In this document: piece by piece, positions 59,014 through 64,000 of the stretch
Numbering within the stretch: the stretch's first letter is position 1
Layout of the letters: each line of letters opens with the position of its first letter
Virus record (IMG/VR): IMGVR_UViG_3300027847_001698
DNA: 64,000 nt
DNA from: a virus
Lineage: Duplodnaviria > Caudoviricetes
Direction: 5' to 3' (one strand)
Made by a program: the position numbers and the translations under genes
Notes under the pieces: model-generated
What the model was told of the DNA's origin: nothing
The model's input: only the letters and a program-made list of their open reading frames with translations
Database searches by the model: none

Positions 59014-60696
59014 ATGAAAATTGAAATCGAGAAAGCAATAGTTAATATTAATCCTAAAGGAATATCTAGATCTTTGAAATATAAACATCCAGATATTTTA
59101 ACTATACTAGAAAAGCATAAAGAAACTCATAAAACATCTAATATATGTGAATCAATATTTTGGATATTAAATGATTTAATTAGCCCTCCATTATGTAGTA
59201 ACTGTTTAAAAAAAATAAAATTTAAAGGTCTAACTATAGGATATCCTGATCCTTGTGTTCAATGTACTTCAGTTAAAAGACAAAAACAGACAACATTAGA
59301 TCGATATGGTGTAGATAATATAAACAAATTAGAATCAACTAAACAAAAAATAAAAGAAACATGTTTAAAACGTTACGGTGTAGAAAGTCATAATAAATTA
59401 AAATCAGTAAAAGATAAAAAGAAGAAAACACTAATTAAAAATTATGGGGAAGAAGGATTAAAGCATTCTGATATTTTAGAAAAAAGAAGGAAAACATCAT
59501 TAGACCGATATGGTGAAGAACATCATCTAAAGACTAAACGGGGGATGGAAAAACAGAAAGCTACATTATTTAAGAATTATGGTGTAGATAGCCCAATGAG
59601 AATAAAAGGGATGTCTGAACGATTTAAAAAAGTATGGGTAGAAAAGAATTTGGAATCATATGTAAAAAGATTGATTAAAGTTAGAGGTTATAAACTAATT
59701 TCTAGTTATGTTAATTCACATTCTAATATAACGTTAGAATGTGAGAAGGGTCACCATTTTGAAATTCTATGGAATTCATTTCAACAGGGAAATGGTACTT
59801 GTCCAGAGTGTTATCCTTTAAAGAAAGGAATATCTAAACCTGAGAAAGATATAAAAGAATATATTGAATCATTGGGTTTTGAATGTAGTCATAAAAATAG
59901 ATCTATTATTACTCCATATGAGATAGATGTTTTAGTAGACGAAAAAAAATTGGCGATAGAGTATTGTGGTCTATGGTGTCATAGTAGTGGGGGAAATGTC
60001 CCATTCACTGCTAGTCCAGATCAACACTTAAAAAAGTTAAATCGTTGTGAATCTAAAGGGTATCATCTACTAACTATATTTGAAGATGAATGGTTAAATT
60101 CAAAAGATGTAGTCCTATCTATTATAAAATTAAAGTTGGGCAACGTAACTACTAAAATTCCTGCTAGAAAATGTGAAATACGAGAGATCTCATATAAAGT
60201 TAAACATGAGTTCATAGAATCTAATCATCTTCAAGGTGATAAGGCATCTACTCATAATATTGGCTTATATTATAATGAAGCTCTTGTATCAGTAATGTCC
60301 TTTTTATGTTTGAATAAACAACATAAAAAATTCGAGATAGCTAGATATTGTACTACCCCAGATACAATTATACAGGGTGGTGGATCTAGATTACTATCTT
60401 ATTTTAAGAAGAATTTTGATTGGACTGATCTTATTACATATGCAGATAGAAGATGGTCTACGGGTAACTGTTATCATAAAATGGGATTCGTATTAGATTA
60501 TACTACAAATCCTAATTATTGGTATTGGGGAAAATCTATAAAAGGCAGAAAGCATAGATTAAATTATTCTAAAAGATGTCTTGCACAAATGGAAAGTTAT
60601 GATGACGAATTATCTGAATTTCAAATAATGACATTAGAGGGATATTCATGGATTCATGATTGTGGAAATATTAAATTTTCTATAAAAAATATCTAA
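59014..60696 (+). CDS. Free-standing homing endonuclease-like protein (KxTxLxRYG repeats, Zn ribbon, Vsr/PD-(D/E)XK-like nuclease, C-terminal GNAT/Mom-like domain)
   Basis: KQTTLDRYGVDN repeats; CEKGH..CPEC; SKPEKD..EIDV..AIEYCGLWCH; NHLQG..EIARY..GGGSRL..YADRRW. Confidence 0.8.
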   Translation: MKIEIEKAIVNINPKGISRSLKYKHPDILTILEKHKETHKTSNICESIFWILNDLISPPLCSNCLKKIKFKGLTIGYPDPCVQCTSVKRQKQTTLDRYGVDNINKLESTKQKIKETCLKRYGVESHNKLKSVKDKKKKTLIKNYGEEGLKHSDILEKRRKTSLDRYGEEHHLKTKRGMEKQKATLFKNYGVDSPMRIKGMSERFKKVWVEKNLESYVKRLIKVRGYKLISSYVNSHSNITLECEKGHHFEILWNSFQQGNGTCPECYPLKKGISKPEKDIKEYIESLGFECSHKNRSIITPYEIDVLVDEKKLAIEYCGLWCHSSGGNVPFTASPDQHLKKLNRCESKGYHLLTIFEDEWLNSKDVVLSIIKLKLGNVTTKIPARKCEIREISYKVKHEFIESNHLQGDKASTHNIGLYYNEALVSVMSFLCLNKQHKKFEIARYCTTPDTIIQGGGSRLLSYFKKNFDWTDLITYADRRWSTGNCYHKMGFVLDYTTNPNYWYWGKSIKGRKHRLNYSKRCLAQMESYDDELSEFQIMTLEGYSWIHDCGNIKFSIKNI

Positions 60697-60720
60697 AAAA
60701 AAGACCCGAAGGTCTCTTCT
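60695..60720. terminator. Terminator of the AAAAAGACCC(G)AAGGTCTCTT family
   Basis: AAAAAAAAGACCCGAAGGTCTCTTCT. Confidence 0.75.
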
Positions 60721-60900
60721 AAAATGATACAGAGCATGGGTCCACCATGTTGATTACTTACGGCTCTTATAGGAGAAATCCTATGCATTTCTGTCGACCG
60801 TAATGTCTAGCTTTCCACGTCACACCCCCACTTCTATTCATGGGAAAATGCCCGATCTATGCCACTAGATACCCAAAAGGAAACTTCTGCATGGATCTGA

Positions 60901-61083
60901 TTATTTGTATGTGTGTGGGAATAATAATGTTTGGGTTACATTATTATTTGTTATGTCACATGCCATCCACATGCCATCCACAGGTTCTTCTAGTGTCAGA
61001 AGAACCTGCTTCATTCCACAGATTATTTGACTTCTCGTCAAATATGCGAAAGTTATATAGACTTCAACTCTCTTCTGCTTCAT
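60901..61083 (-). CDS. Small accessory protein (60 aa)
   Basis: ORF track 60901..61113; likely start MKQKRV at 61083. Confidence 0.5.
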   Translation of the reverse strand: MKQKRVEVYITFAYLTRSQIICGMKQVLLTLEEPVDGMWMACDITNNNVTQTLLFPHTYK

Positions 61084-61113
61084 TTTGATATATGTATAGT
61101 AGGAATACCCCAT

Positions 61114-61137
61114 AAAAAGACCCGAAAGTCTCTTTTT
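61114..61137. terminator. Terminator of the same family
   Basis: AAAAAGACCCGAAAGTCTCTTTTT. Confidence 0.7.
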
Positions 61138-61149
61138 ATGAAATGATTA

Positions 61150-61341
61150 TTAGCATTCTTTCTTTCCTAATTGTTTTTTGAAATGAGTTGCCTCTGTTCT
61201 GCCCATTCCTGATGCAATAGGTGTGGCTTCTCCCATAAATATAGGACTTCTCTTTCCTCTTACATCTTCAGCGTAAAATACAGCATACGATCCAGTGTCG
61301 TCGCCGTTGTATTTTTTAATTGAATATTTTCTAGGCTTCAT
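61150..61341 (-). CDS. Small accessory protein (63 aa)
   Basis: ORF track. Confidence 0.6.
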   Translation of the reverse strand: MKPRKYSIKKYNGDDTGSYAVFYAEDVRGKRSPIFMGEATPIASGMGRTEATHFKKQLGKKEC

Positions 61342-61571
61342 CTTCTGGGTGTCCTATATCGTTAGGTAGTGGAAAGGTAGATTGGATTTTTCCACAATCT
61401 GCACAGTATGAGAAAGTTATCCGGTTACCAGATCCGATTTTTCAGTTCAGGCGGAATATCCCCTTCCCATTCAATCGATCCCATTGTAGCAGCAAACTGC
61501 TCTGTACATTTTGCAGTTACCGATATTAACCTAGTACATATATGTGTAAGTACATCGTCTAGTATTGGCAT
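61331..61571 (-). pseudogene. Small Cys-containing protein split by a +1 frameshift in an A5 run (or sequence error)
   Basis: AAGGAG RBS; MPILDD..CTRLISVTAKCTEQF..PPELK then stop at 61425; removing one A gives LKIGSGNRITFSYCADCGKIQSTFPL...EA* (79 aa). Confidence 0.6.
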
Positions 61572-61580
61572 TGTTACTCC

Positions 61581-62057
61581 TTATTGTAGTAGTTCGAATT
61601 CATATTGATGGTCAGATATATTGAGTTGAACACCAACATCCATACAATTGATATTCTTCCAATCCAATAAAATTGTTGAATGTGGATAATTACTGTCTAA
61701 TACTAATCTAATAAACCATCCACACATGTATCTCTTTTGGACGGCTAACACATTATATATTTTGCCAGTCGTTCTTGATTTAAACCTCCTGTCACGCAAC
61801 TGATGGGTATCCAATACTATTACTCTTTCCTTTGATTTCCCCACCGATTTGAATTCCTTTTCTACTTTTAATGCTAGACCTGCATCAAATCTATTTCTAG
61901 TTCCACTTTCAGACCATTCAATGACGTAATCACTATGGGGAAATAACAGACCCCCACCCCCTTCCGATAATTTATTTGAAATGAGGAACGAGTAGTAAAA
62001 TAGAAATATAATCATCATGACAGTAACAACATACAATACAATAGAACCCATATCCAA
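61581..62057 (-). CDS. N-terminally membrane-anchored accessory protein
   Basis: IVLYVVTVMMIIFLFYY; GGAG RBS. Confidence 0.7.
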   Translation of the reverse strand: MDMGSIVLYVVTVMMIIFLFYYSFLISNKLSEGGGGLLFPHSDYVIEWSESGTRNRFDAGLALKVEKEFKSVGKSKERVIVLDTHQLRDRRFKSRTTGKIYNVLAVQKRYMCGWFIRLVLDSNYPHSTILLDWKNINCMDVGVQLNISDHQYEFELLQ

Positions 62058-62231
62058 TCTCCGTTAAAAATTAATGTTCAAAGATAAATATATATATAAT
62101 AGTATATTAAAAAAAGGGAATTTCCTCCCCCATTCTTAGACTTAGTTAAACGAATTTATCTGTGCTAAAAGATAAATATATAAAAGATGACACCCATAGG
62201 GTACAATGAAAATACCCTAGGGGTGTACATT

Positions 62232-62675
62232 TTAGATGCAGTTGGTAATGTCGTAAAGCTCACCACCAAACATCATTTCTGTTACTCCACGACCCAATGC
62301 CTTCCGCAACATTGTCTTTGTGCCTTTTAATGTTTTGAATTCTGCTGGTTTGAACGTCCCATTGACTTCTAAGAAGCTAACACTGATGGCATCTTCCGGG
62401 ATGTCATCGAGTCTGAATTCATTGATTGTGGGTTCACTCACAAGAATTGGATCATCCTTGATGGCCAGGATGGGGGGATGAGGAGTACCCAATTCAACTA
62501 CTTGAACGTCAGGAGCCTGATAAGGAGTAATAGGATACTTCTTGAGCAGTTCCCTTGTTAAACGATGTCCAGCCCCAATCAGATATTTCTTGAGGTTACT
62601 GGTCACCAACCTGTATTGTTTGTCGTAGTCACCAATCTGCAGATTTGGATCTGGGTACATGAACTTCTTTTCCAT
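62232..62675 (-). CDS. GC-richer accessory protein
   Basis: GGAG RBS before ATG 62675 (MEKKFMY); motif at 62713. Confidence 0.7.
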   Translation of the reverse strand: MEKKFMYPDPNLQIGDYDKQYRLVTSNLKKYLIGAGHRLTRELLKKYPITPYQAPDVQVVELGTPHPPILAIKDDPILVSEPTINEFRLDDIPEDAISVSFLEVNGTFKPAEFKTLKGTKTMLRKALGRGVTEMMFGGELYDITNCI

Positions 62676-62712
62676 AACATCTCCATAGGATGTTGGGTTA
62701 AATGTTATATTC

Positions 62713-62734
62713 AAAAATTAATATATATAGACAA
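62713..62734 (-). promoter_or_regulatory. Accessory-gene promoter-like motif
   Basis: AAAAATTAATATATATAGACAA. Confidence 0.6.
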
Positions 62735-62825
62735 TATTGTGTTATAACGGCCCACATATAAGAACAAAATTATAATAAACTTTTTTTTAAGATGAACTTA
62801 TAAAGTGATGCTTTAGGAGAATTAG

Positions 62826-63389
62826 ATGGATTTTCATGGAATTGATATGCAAGGGCCGTTTATCACGGAACGAGTTTCTGTTATTCCTCCCGCTCAAGAA
62901 GCTATAGATGAACCAGGACGTTTCATATTCAACCTAGCAGATGAAACTACTTATGTTGGAACAAGTACAGGTTGGAGAGGGGTAGTTGGAACAGGGCCAG
63001 GAATTACTAACCACTCCCAATTACAAGGATTACTTAATGATGATCATGATCAATACGCTTTAAGAACTGATTTAGAATCAGGAGGAGATCAAGATGTAGA
63101 CTGGTCTAGATTAGTAAGTACCCCAAGTCAAATAACTAGTCTGTCATCTAATCAATTATTTGATGCATTAGATGCTAACTCTAAAAACATTGTTAATGTA
63201 GATAAATTAAATGTGGGTGCAGCAACTACTCCTACTGAACGAATTGAAGTTTCTAGTGCTATAAAAATTGGAATGTCGTTAGGTAGTGCTGATGGTACTA
63301 TTAGATGGACTGGATCTGATTTTGAAGGTAGAAAAGCTGGAGCATGGGTATCATTAACTGGTGCTAATGAAGGAGGGTGGTTTAACTAA
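62826..63389 (+). CDS. Probable tail-fibre-associated/structural protein
   Basis: HSQLQGLLNDDHDQY and GTIRWTGSDFEG motifs typical of tail fibres. Confidence 0.55.
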   Translation: MDFHGIDMQGPFITERVSVIPPAQEAIDEPGRFIFNLADETTYVGTSTGWRGVVGTGPGITNHSQLQGLLNDDHDQYALRTDLESGGDQDVDWSRLVSTPSQITSLSSNQLFDALDANSKNIVNVDKLNVGAATTPTERIEVSSAIKIGMSLGSADGTIRWTGSDFEGRKAGAWVSLTGANEGGWFN

Positions 63390-64000
63390 TGGCTAGAAAT
63401 CCAGACGATCCTAAAAAAACATTACATGGTCACATTTATCTTCCCGATCTTGGAGAAAAGGGAACGGAAGCTATAACCAAATTTAATGATGCACAAGAAG
63501 ACCTAGATGAACATATTAGAACTCAAGAAGATAGATCATATGCACTACCTCCTGTTATTGCGTATGCACTAGATCCTCCAAATATTGAAGATCTATTTAG
63601 ATTAGATTATCTTCCTAGTTGGCAAAATATTAGGGGATTATGGAATTTTAATGATGATAGTACAACTAATCATGCAGTTGATGTTAGTTTCTGTGGAACC
63701 TCAGGTGGAGCTAATTTTACAGGATTAGTAAAAGAGGATAATAACTGGTTCTCTGGCGTAGCTGAAGAATGGGATGGAGTTGAATGGGATGGAGTATTTA
63801 ATAATCTTCCTGCTGAGTTAGAAGGTCCATTCTTGAGATGTGACTCAACTGAAGATTTCGCCGCTGAAGTTCCTGGCGTATTACATAATCCTGGAACTGG
63901 TTTTACTATTGATTTCTGGTTCTGTCCTACTAAAGATATAGATGGCACTACATATGACGGATTCACTTATCTATTTGCTAAAGTTAACTCTGCCCTTAGA
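63389..64000 (+). CDS. Structural protein with LamG/ConA-like domain, partial (runs off window end)
   Basis: Hand-translated, open for 204 codons; GLWNFND and FTIDFWF motifs; TAATG coupling. Confidence 0.6.
   Translation, partial: MARNPDDPKKTLHGHIYLPDLGEKGTEAITKFNDAQEDLDEHIRTQEDRSYALPPVIAYALDPPNIEDLFRLDYLPSWQNIRGLWNFNDDSTTNHAVDVSFCGTSGGANFTGLVKEDNNWFSGVAEEWDGVEWDGVFNNLPAELEGPFLRCDSTEDFAAEVPGVLHNPGTGFTIDFWFCPTKDIDGTTYDGFTYLFAKVNSALR

Noticed and set aside
1-64000. Stop-codon recoding as the cause of truncated genes
   Set aside because: Core genes are full length in the standard code and end in TAG (queE) or TGA (MCP); the breaks seen are frameshifts or a TAA
1-64000. Nucleus-forming phiKZ-like phage, or a 2-aminoadenine (Z) genome
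   Set aside because: No tubulin/PhuZ, chimallin or multisubunit RNAP recognised and the head genes are T4-like; no PurZ seen. Absence holds for this window only

Overview
A 64 kb segment of a large, AT-rich (roughly 30% GC by eye) tailed dsDNA phage with T4-superfamily core modules, probably a jumbo-type myovirus. Virion genes: gp5/VgrG-like baseplate hub, PAAR, gp13-like neck, gp20-like portal, gp21-like prohead protease, gp23-like major capsid, tail-fibre-like genes and many probable head-internal proteins. Replication and recombination genes: family B DNA polymerase with an N-terminal UDG-family-4 domain, RFC-like clamp loader, probable sliding clamp, primase, DnaB/gp41 helicase, 5'-3' exonuclease, RecA/UvsX and RuvC. 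Nucleotide metabolism: class II RNR, dNMP kinase, MazG, nucleoside deoxyribosyltransferase-like. A 7-deazaguanine DNA-modification set (intein-split QueE, QueC-like, DpdA/TGT-like) co-occurs with a GT9 heptosyltransferase-like gene and a stand-alone RfaE/HldE adenylyltransferase. Also present: an actin-fold protein, an Hc1 histone-like protein, a PrsW/CPBP-like intramembrane protease in the head module, and a free-standing Vsr-like homing endonuclease. The window carries a repeated cassette grammar of small, often GC-richer counter-oriented genes between a shared TCTATATATATTAATT-like upstream motif and shared terminators. Several intergenic tracts of 110-550 nt are densely hairpinned and look like undescribed structured RNAs, three of them next to small membrane-protein genes. 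No tRNA, rRNA or CRISPR array was seen. All family assignments come from motif recognition by eye, not database searches.
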